IMG/VR virus record: IMGVR_UViG_2913147268_000003
DNA: 21,948 bases
Direction: 5' to 3' (one strand)
DNA from: a virus
Taxonomy: Duplodnaviria > Heunggongvirae > Uroviricota > Caudoviricetes
The first letter of the stretch is position 1. The number at the start of each line of letters is the position of its first letter. This document shows positions 1 to 7,984 of the stretch, piece by piece. The notes under the pieces are model-generated. The model did no database searches, was not told the DNA's origin, and saw nothing but the letters and a program-made list of their open reading frames with translations. The translations under genes were made by a program, and so were the position numbers.

Positions 1-1314
1 TTAACTTACTGATTTTAATAAGCCTCTGGTGTCACTTTGGTGACTATGGGGCATCATTGGGACATAATCTGTCAGCTTCTGATTCAGCATTGCGATCTGT
101 TCTGCATTGCTGTCAGTCATCCATGCTCCGTATACATTGAATACCATCTGGGCACTTGCATGGCCCATCTGGCTGGCAATGAAGCTTGGGTTTGCTCCGG
201 CAGATAATGACCAGCACGCATAAGTGTGTCGTGACTGGTATGCCTTTCGATGCCTGATCCCTGCACGCTTAATGGCTGTTTCCCATGAGTCACCTACAGA
301 ATCGACTTTGTAGACAAAACCTACCTGTTCGCTTTTTCTAACCACTTGAGGGTTAAACACGAAAGTACATTCATGGTTCACTGAACGTCCATATTCACGT
401 AGTTGCACCTTGATGTTGTACTGCTTACCCAGTCTTGTCATTTCAGCCTGATTTTTCAGGACACTGATAGCGGGCTGGATAAGGTGCACAACCCTGTTTG
501 TGCTTGCTTCAGTTTTCGGTAGAGTGAACTCACCAAGTTTCGTATAATTGCGCCTGATGGTAATTGTTCCTGCCTTCAGATCGATATCTTCCCAGGCCAG
601 GGAGACCAGTTCACCGTGACGCATTCCTGTGTACACAGCCAATGACCACAGGTTTTTCGTCTGCTGATGTCGGCAAGCATCTATCAGGCGAATAAATTCG
701 TCACGAGTTAGCGGATCTGGCTCTGCCCTGGCTCTTTTAAGAGGCTTAATTCCCTGGAAGGGATTTGCTTCTAAGTAACCGTGATCTGCAGCAAACTGAA
801 ACATTCCAGCGATTGTCGTCATGTAATAATTTACAGTAACGACGCTCCGTCCTTTTGCTGCTGCTTTGTTTTTCGTTGAATTCTGATACCCGGTAAGCAA
901 ATCTTTCCTGATATACAGCAATTCCTCTTTGGTTACCGATGACACCAGTCTACTGCCTCCAATTTTCGGAACCATCGTTCTTGCAACGGATTCATAGCGA
1001 TTGAATGCATTTGCAGAGATTTCCATTCGTTTCAGATCCAGCCACTTTTCTTCAAGTTCCTTCACCGTAATTTCTTTTTTACTTACCCCAAAAGCCTGAA
1101 GGTTGGGGGAGTCAGGGAACTGTGCAGCATAATCAAAGCTTCCTGTGCGGATGGCAAAACATACTGATGTCCGCAGTTCCCCGGCGATCTTCCTGTTCTT
1201 GGCAGTGTCAGGGACACCAAGATTTTCCCTGACACGTTTACCTTTAAAATTAAACCAGATGCGTAATGTGCCGCCGTGGTTTTCGACGCCTGTTGGATAT
1301 TTGACTTTATCCAT
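1..1314 (-). CDS. int: Tyrosine site-specific integrase (phage integrase with arm-type N-terminal domain)
   Basis: 437 aa ORF with stop at 1-3 and ATG at 1312-1314 preceded by GGAGG. The C-terminal region carries tyrosine-recombinase hallmarks: Arg in TGMRHGE, H-x-x-R in SRHTYA, and a candidate catalytic Tyr in NVYGAW. An excisionase-like gene lies immediately upstream on the same strand. Confidence 0.9.
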   Translation of the reverse strand: MDKVKYPTGVENHGGTLRIWFNFKGKRVRENLGVPDTAKNRKIAGELRTSVCFAIRTGSFDYAAQFPDSPNLQAFGVSKKEITVKELEEKWLDLKRMEISANAFNRYESVARTMVPKIGGSRLVSSVTKEELLYIRKDLLTGYQNSTKNKAAAKGRSVVTVNYYMTTIAGMFQFAADHGYLEANPFQGIKPLKRARAEPDPLTRDEFIRLIDACRHQQTKNLWSLAVYTGMRHGELVSLAWEDIDLKAGTITIRRNYTKLGEFTLPKTEASTNRVVHLIQPAISVLKNQAEMTRLGKQYNIKVQLREYGRSVNHECTFVFNPQVVRKSEQVGFVYKVDSVGDSWETAIKRAGIRHRKAYQSRHTYACWSLSAGANPSFIASQMGHASAQMVFNVYGAWMTDSNAEQIAMLNQKLTDYVPMMPHSHQSDTRGLLKSVS

Positions 1315-1369
1315 CGATACCTCCAGACGCCCAAGAGCGATACGAGCTTACATATTTCATGATATTAAA

Positions 1370-1606
1370 TCACCTGGGTTGTTTGTTTTTCATTGAGGCG
1401 ACCCAGGCATCTATTGCTTTTCTGTTATACATACATTCACTGGAAGGCTTTGGATTACCGTCTGGTGATACGTGAATATACTCTCTTCCAACCATCCAGC
1501 ATTCTTTCCGGGCCCGAAGAATTGTGCCTGGTTTGAGCCCGGTAATTGCGATAAGAACGCTTTCACAAACCCATTCATTGGGAGCCAGTTGAATCACATT
1601 GCCCAT
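1370..1606 (-). CDS. xis: Excisionase-like small DNA-binding protein
   Basis: 78 aa ORF directly upstream of int on the same strand, with a GAGGT ribosome-binding site. Size, position and sequence (LAPNEWV...GREYIHVSPDG) fit putative excisionases of enterobacterial prophages as I recall them; function is inferred. Confidence 0.55.
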   Translation of the reverse strand: MGNVIQLAPNEWVCESVLIAITGLKPGTILRARKECWMVGREYIHVSPDGNPKPSSECMYNRKAIDAWVASMKNKQPR

Positions 1607-1614
1607 GTATTACC

Positions 1615-1761
1615 TCACACAACACTCAGCCCACGGCAGTGGCAACACACTTCAAACATTCGCTTCACAACTTCACGACAGTAGAAGCCGTCAACATCTC
1701 GCGTCAGGTCATAGCGATTGCCGTAACGCTGGTGGACCCATCGTTCAAATGCTTTATTCAT
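1615..1761 (-). CDS. Hypothetical small Cys-containing protein (48 aa)
   Basis: Below the 60 aa cutoff of the ORF track; found by manual translation (MNKAFERWVHQRYGNRYDLTRDVDGFYCREVVKRMFEVCCHCRGLSVV). Strong AAGGAAG site upstream of the ATG, and the stop sits 8 nt before the xis start. Confidence 0.35.
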   Translation of the reverse strand: MNKAFERWVHQRYGNRYDLTRDVDGFYCREVVKRMFEVCCHCRGLSVV

Positions 1762-1764
1762 TCT

Positions 1765-2007
1765 TTACTTCCTTTTTATGGCTCGTAATTTTTTCAGGTG
1801 CTTTTCCTGCTCAGTGTCCGCGAGAATTTTGCGGTACTCCTGGTGGTCAATATGTTCGAACAGGCAGTTTAACTCACCAATGCGTACCCGCCCGGATCGT
1901 CCGTCCATCCGTCGAAAGAACACTGAGTGCTCAGTGATGCGAGTAATCACCACGGGGTATCCGGCTCTGTCCGTGTATATCTGACCGCGTTGAATCAAAG
2001 CGAACAT
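1765..2007 (-). CDS. Hypothetical phage protein (about 80 aa)
   Basis: ORF 1765..2061 in the track begins with a TTG; the first ATG (MFALIQRGQ...) is at 2005-2007. The stop overlaps the ribosome-binding site of the next gene. Confidence 0.4.
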   Translation of the reverse strand: MFALIQRGQIYTDRAGYPVVITRITEHSVFFRRMDGRSGRVRIGELNCLFEHIDHQEYRKILADTEQEKHLKKLRAIKRK

Positions 2008-2091
2008 GTGGTTATCCCCAGCGGCAAATCGAATACACCACCAGCGCCACCGCCATCGCAATTCCTACCGTTGTTAATGCTTCAGGCCAGG

Positions 2092-2436
2092 TCATCGTAA
2101 AATATCCTCCACGCTTATCAGTCCGTTCCGCTCCAGATAACTCATCGCCTTATCCGGTAATTTGCAGTCTGGCTTCGCTTTCCTCAGTTGCCAGGTTAAC
2201 TGCTTTACCAGCATGGTTAACTCATCGACCAGACGCTGATATCCCACTGGTTTGTATTCATGCAATTTACCGGCTGGCTCTGCTACCAGCGATACCAGTG
2301 CGATTTCCAGAACAGCAATATCCATCTTATATGTGCGGATGATGTCATGGTCGATTGTGCCCGGTATGCACAGTCTCTGTGCTTCAATAGTCTCCTCTGC
2401 GTGAGCTATTAACTGCTCTCTGGTAAAAGTCGTCAT
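2092..2436 (-). CDS. Hypothetical phage protein (114 aa), member of a local paralogous family
   Basis: Its ATG overlaps the stop of the upstream gene. The N-terminal region ([12 protein letters not shown]) resembles the N-termini of ORFs 2433..2600 and 2876..3286. Confidence 0.5.
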   Translation of the reverse strand: MTTFTREQLIAHAEETIEAQRLCIPGTIDHDIIRTYKMDIAVLEIALVSLVAEPAGKLHEYKPVGYQRLVDELTMLVKQLTWQLRKAKPDCKLPDKAMSYLERNGLISVEDILR

Positions 2437-2600
2437 GCCGTAGCCCCTTCTTGATATTTTTCAAACCAGAACACAACCGGCTCTGCTTCCAGCGATACCA
2501 GCGCAATCCGTGCCAGTTCCATTTGTTCACCACGGGTAAGCCCGTTTTCAAGCGGATTTTTAATGAACAATTCAATACGTTCTTTGGTAATAGTGGTCAT
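2433..2600 (-). CDS. Hypothetical small protein (55 aa), paralog of the N-terminal module of 2876..3286
   Basis: Manual translation [61 protein letters not shown] site upstream; stop overlaps the ATG of 2092..2436. Confidence 0.45.
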   Translation of the reverse strand: MTTITKERIELFIKNPLENGLTRGEQMELARIALVSLEAEPVVFWFEKYQEGATA

Positions 2601-2610
2601 GTGTTACTCC

Positions 2611-2874
2611 TTAACCCGCAGTGCTTTCAACTGATGAGGGGAACAAAATCTTTTCATCAAACCCTGCATTCATATCATGGACAGCAACACACCAATCCAT
2701 TGACGAACGATTATCAAGAGCCTCCATGATTTCATCCATGCGGCGCAGGTCATACAGGTAAATGCTTTTATCGCCAATGGTGTAAAAACCAATTTTTTTC
2801 GGTGATGGGCAGCGATCAAGAACGTCCTGTAATTCGTTCAACCATGCCCGTTCTTTTTTTGTTAAAGTTGCCAT
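2611..2874 (-). CDS. Hypothetical phage protein (87 aa)
   Basis: ATG at 2872-2874 (MATLTKKERAW...) preceded by AAGGAGAGTGAT; the stop of the upstream gene (2876-2878) lies one nucleotide away. The longer track ORF is an unsupported upstream extension. Confidence 0.5.
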   Translation of the reverse strand: MATLTKKERAWLNELQDVLDRCPSPKKIGFYTIGDKSIYLYDLRRMDEIMEALDNRSSMDWCVAVHDMNAGFDEKILFPSSVESTAG

Positions 2875-2875
2875 A

Positions 2876-3286
2876 TCACTCTCCTTTCCCATGAAGCATA
2901 GCGGCGCGGCAGGCGTTCCAGCCTGTAGCGTATGCAGCCGCTTTGCTGCTGCCTTCAACTGGCGCATCCTGCCAATACATTTCATCCGGCACTACCGGCG
3001 CTGGCAAGGCAGCGTGATAGTAGAGTGGCATAGTTTTGTACAGTGGTTCGCCAGGACTTCCGTCAACCTGATTCCATTCTTCAACCCAGGCATCAACAAC
3101 CGCTTTGCTGGTTGATACATGTTCTTCTGAATCTACATTTTGTCCTGATATACAGAACATAACTGCCTCTGCTTCCAGCGATGCCAGAGCAATTCGTGCC
3201 AGTTCCATTTGTTCGCCACGAGTAAGTCCGTTATCAAGCGGATTTTTAATGAATAATTTGATACGTTCTTTGGTTATAGCGTTCAT
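2876..3286 (-). CDS. Hypothetical phage protein (136 aa)
   Basis: ATG at 3284-3286 (MNAITKERIKLF...) preceded by AAGGAGAGTGAG and separated by one nucleotide from the stop of the Ea22-like gene. The N-terminal 50 aa are paralogous to ORF 2433..2600. Confidence 0.5.
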   Translation of the reverse strand: MNAITKERIKLFIKNPLDNGLTRGEQMELARIALASLEAEAVMFCISGQNVDSEEHVSTSKAVVDAWVEEWNQVDGSPGEPLYKTMPLYYHAALPAPVVPDEMYWQDAPVEGSSKAAAYATGWNACRAAMLHGKGE

Positions 3287-3287
3287 C

Positions 3288-4103
3288 TCACTCTCCTTTG
3301 ATGCGAATGCCAGTAGCGCGGATTGCATCGATGACTTCAGAAACTTTGTATGCCATTACCGTTTGGTAATCATCGTGAAAATCTGTTCGATGAAGCATGC
3401 TGCTACGTTCCGGGAGCGATATTTCCCGAGCATCCAGTTCCTTAACGCGCTCCTCCAGTTCGTAGACCCTGCATTGTTCTCTATCATCAATCAGATATAA
3501 CCCAAGACATTCGCTTTCTACCCAACCGCCAAAATCATGATCGTAACGCTCACATGAAAACTCACCGTCACCGTCCTTTGTTGGAATGGTGTAACTATCT
3601 AATGGGCCACCATATGTCGGCACATTTCCCAATGTTGGATGCTCAATCCACATGAAAAATGCACGTCCGGTTATTGGGCAAATATCTGGCCGCCATTGGT
3701 TACGAACAGCCTTGGTTTCGGATAATTCTTCAGCGTGTTGTTTTACTTCCTCAAGCTCAACTCTCAGCTTCCCAACCGTAAGAGCAATATCCTCGTTCTT
3801 CTGGTCGCGGCGTTTGATGTATTGCTGGTTTCTTTCCAGCTCATCCAGCAGCGCCAAGACGGTAGCCGGATTGGCTGCAGCGATGAATTCAGCATTGGCC
3901 TGCTGTTCCATTTGGAAATCTTCATCGAAACCGCTTTCAGGATGCGCTCCTTCAATTCTGCAAATGGGAATATATCCAGCAGCCTCGCGATGAATTAGCG
4001 CATCATCACCATCAAATCGGCCCTCTCCATATTCGAGCGACCACTCACCACACGTTGCTTTCTCTGCCTTTTCACGCAGTGCCTGATAGTCAATCTTGCT
4101 CAC
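3288..4103 (-). CDS. Ead/Ea22-like protein
   Basis: 271 aa with a GTG start at 4101-4103 preceded by a strong AAGGAGG. The N-terminus (MSKIDYQALREKAEKATCGEW), a central coiled-coil-like stretch and its position between xis and the immunity region match lambdoid Ea22-family proteins as I recall them. Confidence 0.6.
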   Translation of the reverse strand: MSKIDYQALREKAEKATCGEWSLEYGEGRFDGDDALIHREAAGYIPICRIEGAHPESGFDEDFQMEQQANAEFIAAANPATVLALLDELERNQQYIKRRDQKNEDIALTVGKLRVELEEVKQHAEELSETKAVRNQWRPDICPITGRAFFMWIEHPTLGNVPTYGGPLDSYTIPTKDGDGEFSCERYDHDFGGWVESECLGLYLIDDREQCRVYELEERVKELDAREISLPERSSMLHRTDFHDDYQTVMAYKVSEVIDAIRATGIRIKGE

Positions 4104-4404
4104 TGGTTGCCTCCTTTGCCGGGATTTCTAACTTTTGAGTGGTTGTATCAAATTCAAACAACTTAACCACGTCATCAAACAGGACATAATCACCATCAGG
4201 ATCTTCAGTCATATCTGCGCCACAATCCTGACCGCACGAGTCGCAACCATCCATATCAAGCTCGTATCGCTTCAGGTTTGCGATATTTGATAAATTCAGC
4301 GCCAGTACAGCCAGGTCATAAACCTCTTCGGCAGTGACATCGCTGTTCAGTCCCATTTCATGGCGATATATGATTTTTTCTACTCGTTGTTTTGTGATCG
4401 TCAT
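4090..4404 (-). CDS. Hypothetical acidic protein
   Basis: ORF ending just before the Ea22-like start. The start is ambiguous: ATG at 4402-4404 with GGAG upstream, or ATG at 4354-4356 lying one nucleotide after the stop of 4358..4675; the track's 4428 start is a TTG. Confidence 0.4.
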   Translation of the reverse strand: MTITKQRVEKIIYRHEMGLNSDVTAEEVYDLAVLALNLSNIANLKRYELDMDGCDSCGQDCGADMTEDPDGDYVLFDDVVKLFEFDTTTQKLEIPAKEATSEQD

Positions 4405-4675
4405 TTTTCTCTTCACTCCGATATACAAGGATTACCACACCCCCTCTGCTGATTGCGCGAGCTGGATCCCCTGGTTCCATGCCGTCAATTCCGAAGGCTT
4501 CGGAAAACGCATTCATTGCCTTCTGGCGTTCATCCTGCTTACGGCGTTTATTCCATTTTTTCAGGAACAACAGCGACAGCCACCGTCCGCTGCAGAACAC
4601 GATGTAAAAATAACCAAGGAGCGCCAGGCCGACATTCAGGGCCGTTTCTATGGTTAGTTGTGAGTCAGTTGCCAT
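4358..4675 (-). CDS. Hypothetical small membrane protein (105 aa)
   Basis: ATG at 4673-4675 with an AGGTAAGAA site, 5 nt after the stop of the upstream gene. The N-terminus has a hydrophobic helix (LNVGLALLGYFYIVF) followed by a basic stretch. Confidence 0.35.
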   Translation of the reverse strand: MATDSQLTIETALNVGLALLGYFYIVFCSGRWLSLLFLKKWNKRRKQDERQKAMNAFSEAFGIDGMEPGDPARAISRGGVVILVYRSEEKNDDHKTTSRKNHISP

Positions 4676-4913
4676 TTCTTACCTGTTTAAGTAACTGGTT
4701 GAACATAACACTTAGGGGATTGCTGTATCCAAACGGCAGATTGTTTACGCAGTACAGAATCATTTTGTTTTTTTCTCCAGTTCGTACTATTAACCCATTC
4801 CACAATAACCGTGATAATTCATTACTGATAGAAGTTGCGCTTCTTCCAAGTGCGAGGGATATATCTTCTCTACTGCAATCTGGATTTTCCTGGATATACT
4901 CGATAACGGTCAT
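4665..4913 (-). CDS. Small putative winged-helix DNA-binding protein (about 82 aa)
   Basis: ATG at 4911-4913 (MTVIEYIQENPDCSREDISLALGRSATSISNELSRLLWNGLIV...) resembles small winged-helix regulators. The track ORF from 4955 has no ribosome-binding site and overlaps the upstream gene. Confidence 0.45.
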   Translation of the reverse strand: MTVIEYIQENPDCSREDISLALGRSATSISNELSRLLWNGLIVRTGEKNKMILYCVNNLPFGYSNPLSVMFNQLLKQVRNGN

Positions 4914-4923
4914 GTGGTCCCTT

Positions 4924-5505
4924 TTACTTAATATCTGTTTCGGATTGCATGCCATGAGTATTCATTTCGTTAATAATTTCATCCAGAAGGATTTCAAGCC
5001 CTTCTCGACCCATATCTGAAAGAATGAAACCTTTATCAGGGGAAGTAGTGAGCATTTTCTGATAAAGAAACAGCGCTCTTCCCATTCCTTCAGCTTCGCC
5101 GTATTTTTGAATTAAATTCCATTCAATATACTGTTGTAAGGCAAATCGAATGGGGCCGGGATATATCGTCATAAACCCATACATCCCGTTATATACCACG
5201 GCGTGTTCAGTTGTTCCGTGTTCATTCAGGATATCAATTGTGCCGTTCTTGTCTTCTTCTTCGTTGATGAATGTCGTCACATACAACCATCGCCACTGAG
5301 CAACCTTCATCTCAACCGGAAGTTTACCCAGTAATCCTGCTTCGTCGGCTTGCGCCAGACACTGAAGGATACGTAAACCTCGCACATTAGGAGTATCGAA
5401 TTCTCCGGCATCCAGACGACGTATGGCGTCGTGATAATCAATCGTCATACTGCCAGTTCGTATACCATTGGCTGTTGCTTCAGCCTGGAATTCATCGTAT
5501 TGCAT
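4924..5505 (-). CDS. Hypothetical protein (193 aa)
   Basis: ATG at 5503-5505 preceded by GAGGA. No family recognised from sequence. Confidence 0.55.
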   Translation of the reverse strand: MQYDEFQAEATANGIRTGSMTIDYHDAIRRLDAGEFDTPNVRGLRILQCLAQADEAGLLGKLPVEMKVAQWRWLYVTTFINEEEDKNGTIDILNEHGTTEHAVVYNGMYGFMTIYPGPIRFALQQYIEWNLIQKYGEAEGMGRALFLYQKMLTTSPDKGFILSDMGREGLEILLDEIINEMNTHGMQSETDIK

Positions 5506-5510
5506 GATAT

Positions 5511-5693
5511 TTATTCCTCATCTTCATCTGCTGGTGCAATAACGTCATATCCTGCCTTTTCTGCAATAAACAGGAATGTTGAAAGAGTTCCTACAAGTTC
5601 ATCGTCATGAACATGGCGAATGAATATTACTTTCCCGTTTTTGATGGTCAGCAATACTCTGGTTTGTTCGTGTTCTGCTGTTTTCTGATGCAT
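5511..5693 (-). CDS. Hypothetical small protein with acidic C-terminus (60 aa)
   Basis: ATG at 5691-5693 preceded by GGGAGA; its stop overlaps the ribosome-binding site of 4924..5505. Confidence 0.45.
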   Translation of the reverse strand: MHQKTAEHEQTRVLLTIKNGKVIFIRHVHDDELVGTLSTFLFIAEKAGYDVIAPADEDEE

Positions 5694-5887
5694 TATTATC
5701 TCCCGTATGCTTTACGCAGAAATAAGCAGGCAATATGCATGTAATTTTCACCGTATTGTGCAATAAGGCAGGCGGTCTTGTGTGATGCCATATTCTTTAT
5801 AAAAGTCACAATAAAGCCTCCTGTGGATTAAGGTTGTAACAATCCCCGGCGATAAAACCGCAATAAACGTTCAGGGCATATTTGTTG

Positions 5888-6253
5888 TTATTGCGCTAAT
5901 TCTTTTTCGGCAGCAGCTTTTGTATACTCACATGCAAAATTCAGAATTTCGCTGCCGAGTGTTTTCGTTTCGTGATTACTGGACATATGTAATACCTGTG
6001 TTGCATGCAATAAATGATAAACATTTACCGCAAATGAATCAGGCTCCAGGCAAATGCCTTCGTAATTATCTTGCTGTGAGGTTGTTTCTGTCATTGCTCC
6101 TGAAGTGCATACGAGCCTGTTTTTGACAATTCTCTTTTCTCTAATCACTATATCGGCAACATCTATTGCCTTTACAACCTCCGGGAGAAGTTCCGGGTTT
6201 GTATAATCAAAGTCATCAACATGGAGAACAGTTATGTTTTCGAACTTTTTCAT
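5888..6253 (-). CDS. Hypothetical protein (121 aa)
   Basis: ATG at 6251-6253 preceded by GAGGAA. The gene has its own upstream (6254-6381) and downstream (5694-5887) intergenic regions and the sequence looks AT-rich by eye. Confidence 0.5.
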   Translation of the reverse strand: MKKFENITVLHVDDFDYTNPELLPEVVKAIDVADIVIREKRIVKNRLVCTSGAMTETTSQQDNYEGICLEPDSFAVNVYHLLHATQVLHMSSNHETKTLGSEILNFACEYTKAAAEKELAQ

Positions 6254-6381
6254 GGTTTCCTCAGCTGACTTATATGTTCTGCTATATAGCGAGTCTCAGA
6301 AGTGTTTTCATATTAAGACTGTTTCCGCAATGATTGATAAAAATGTTCGCATGTACCTTGAGGGGCGAAGCGGCGATTATG

Positions 6382-6885
6382 TCACCATTGGTATTGGTTC
6401 TTCCGTAGAAGAGCTTCGCGAGATAAGGGGCAAACTTGTTGAGATGCGTCATGGTGTTGCTGCTCCTCACTTTTTGGTTGCTCCGGAGGAGTAACCTCAC
6501 CAGTTAACAGCCACATCGCATCGCAGCCAAGAATATTTGCCAGTGGGATAAGCATACTGATAGTTGGTTCATACTCTCCGCTCTCCCACTGGATGATAAT
6601 TTCTTCATCGAGATCGAGCAGCCTGGCGAGTTCGGCGGTTGTTAAGCCGCAGGCTTCGCGTTGGGTGCGAAGACGGTTGTTGATTGCAGAATTTTTGTTC
6701 TGTAAAAGCATTGCTGACGATAGCTTTCTGGATATGCTATTTGTCATATCCCATGCCAGTCCTGCGCATGACTCTATATCGCTAGAGAGCGTAGCATCAG
6801 GTGTTGCTTTTGCTATTAGTGTAATGAGGCTGCCGAGGTTTTTCAGTTCTTCGAGACAGTCAAGAGTTGTAGCTTTATTGATCAT
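6382..6885 (-). CDS. XRE-family helix-turn-helix protein with unknown N-terminal domain
   Basis: 167 aa, ATG at 6883-6885 with GAGGT upstream. The C-terminal half has a classic XRE HTH (GLTTAELARLLDLDEEIIIQWESGEYEPTISMLIPLANILGCDAMWLLTG). It is the first gene leftward of the operator-like region next to the repressor. Confidence 0.6.
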   Translation of the reverse strand: MINKATTLDCLEELKNLGSLITLIAKATPDATLSSDIESCAGLAWDMTNSISRKLSSAMLLQNKNSAINNRLRTQREACGLTTAELARLLDLDEEIIIQWESGEYEPTISMLIPLANILGCDAMWLLTGEVTPPEQPKSEEQQHHDASQQVCPLSREALLRKNQYQW

Positions 6886-6988
6886 GAGATGATACCTCAG
6901 TTACGAACTTTGTTTTATGGTAACTAAGGTATCAAGGTGTGGCAAGTGATTTTTGATACTTTGGTTTCTTTTTGTGTTTTGTTTCTGG
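6886..6988. promoter_or_regulatory. Candidate left operator/promoter region
   Basis: 103 bp intergenic region between the repressor and the first leftward gene. It contains TTGATACTTTGG (6953-6964), identical to a motif repeated at 7668-7742, and possible leftward -35/-10 hexamers (TTGCCA / TACCAT on the minus strand). Confidence 0.4.
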
Positions 6989-7645
6989 TCAGAAAATATC
7001 CCACCTGGCATCAACCACAACACCTACTATTTCGCAATCATTGTCCATTTCTATGATTGGATATTGTGGATTAAGGGGCTTTAGAAACGCCTTTCCCATG
7101 TCAGAAATATATTTTTTGAATGTTGCTTCATTGGTAGATTTTTTTCTGGCGATGACGTAACACCCTGAAAAAACTTCTTTATCTGGGTTGACAAGGATCG
7201 ACATTCCTTCAGGAAATGTTATTCCTACGGGCGAAGTCATTGAGTCTCCGTGCACTTCCAGCCAGAACCCCCTCTCACCAGCGTATTTTACAGAATGCCT
7301 CCAATTATCCTGATCATACATGTTGTAGTCATCACCAGAAGTTGCGAATAATCCTGCCTGAACCCAGTTAATTACAGGGTAAGAGTGTGCTGTGTCTCTC
7401 TGTGGGCAGCTCTTAACATTATTTTCCCAATGCTTATCTTTTTCATCTCCGTTCTGAAGCCACTGCGGTGAACACCGCAGTGCAGCTGCAACTTTAAAAA
7501 GGGTGTCACCGTTGAAACTTTTTGTAAGGCCTTGCTCGGCTTTACTGATTGCAACTCTGGTGATCCCAGCTTTTTTAGCCAACGCATCTTGTGTTAACCC
7601 AGCTTTTTGCCGTGCGTTGATGAGACGTTCACCTAAAGACTTCAT
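6989..7645 (-). CDS. cI: CI-type phage repressor (N-terminal HTH, C-terminal S24 LexA-like peptidase)
   Basis: ATG at 7643-7645 preceded by GAGGAG. N-terminal HTH (LTQDALAKKAGITRVAISKAEQG), a candidate Ala-Gly autocleavage site (VQAGLF), the S24 Ser motif (GDSM) and a downstream Lys (IARKK). The track ORF from 7720 is a non-supported N-terminal extension. Confidence 0.85.
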   Translation of the reverse strand: MKSLGERLINARQKAGLTQDALAKKAGITRVAISKAEQGLTKSFNGDTLFKVAAALRCSPQWLQNGDEKDKHWENNVKSCPQRDTAHSYPVINWVQAGLFATSGDDYNMYDQDNWRHSVKYAGERGFWLEVHGDSMTSPVGITFPEGMSILVNPDKEVFSGCYVIARKKSTNEATFKKYISDMGKAFLKPLNPQYPIIEMDNDCEIVGVVVDARWDIF

Positions 7646-7760
7646 TTTTCTTCTCCTCTCATGGCTGTTGATACTAAAGTAACAGAATTTCTTGATACTT
7701 TGGATTCCTGTGGTTAACATCGTTGAATAACAAAGTATCTGGTGTGAGACTAAAGAATGA
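7646..7760. promoter_or_regulatory. Candidate right operator/promoter region
   Basis: Three copies of a 12 bp motif: TTGATACTAAAG (7668-7679), TTGATACTTTGG (7692-7703) and an inverted copy CAAAGTATCTGG (7731-7742). A candidate rightward promoter is TTGATA (7692-7697), 17 bp spacer, TAACAT (7715-7720). Confidence 0.5.
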
Positions 7761-7984
7761 CCCTTTATGAAATATTAAAAATTCAATTTAAAACCAATGC
7801 CGCTATTGGTCGCAGGTTCCCAAAGAAAGGAAGGCCTCGTGGCAGTCAAGGTGTTGGAAAGTGGAAAACGCGAGGTGTTCCGGAGGATGTTGCCATTCTT
7901 TGTCATCTGGATCCGAGCATTCCATATACACACCCAAGTCTAGCGAATACAGAAGATGACAAGCCCACAGGAGACCAACAATGA
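7757..7984 (+). CDS. Questionable small basic ORF in the rightward leader (75 aa)
   Basis: The only long ORF between the candidate rightward promoter and the first large rightward gene; its stop overlaps the next ATG (ATGA). Weak ribosome-binding site, low-complexity basic sequence and no recognisable Cro-like HTH. Confidence 0.2.
   Translation: MTLYEILKIQFKTNAAIGRRFPKKGRPRGSQGVGKWKTRGVPEDVAILCHLDPSIPYTHPSLANTEDDKPTGDQQ

Noticed and set aside
1083-1396. ORFs 1083..1334 (minus) and 1145..1396 (plus) overlapping the integrase gene
   Set aside because: They lie inside or antisense to the well-supported integrase CDS, have no ribosome-binding site and give low-complexity products; treated as spurious.
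1765-2061. The N-terminal extension MRWRWRWWCIRFAAGDNH of the track ORF 1765..2061
   Set aside because: The extension begins at a TTG, is repetitive, and overlaps a better-supported coupled mini-ORF; the ATG at 2005-2007 is the more plausible start.
6234-6494. Plus-strand 86 aa ORF
   Set aside because: It is antisense to the 3' end of the HTH gene 6382..6885 and spans a probable promoter region; no ribosome-binding site and no recognisable domain. A small antisense gene cannot be excluded.
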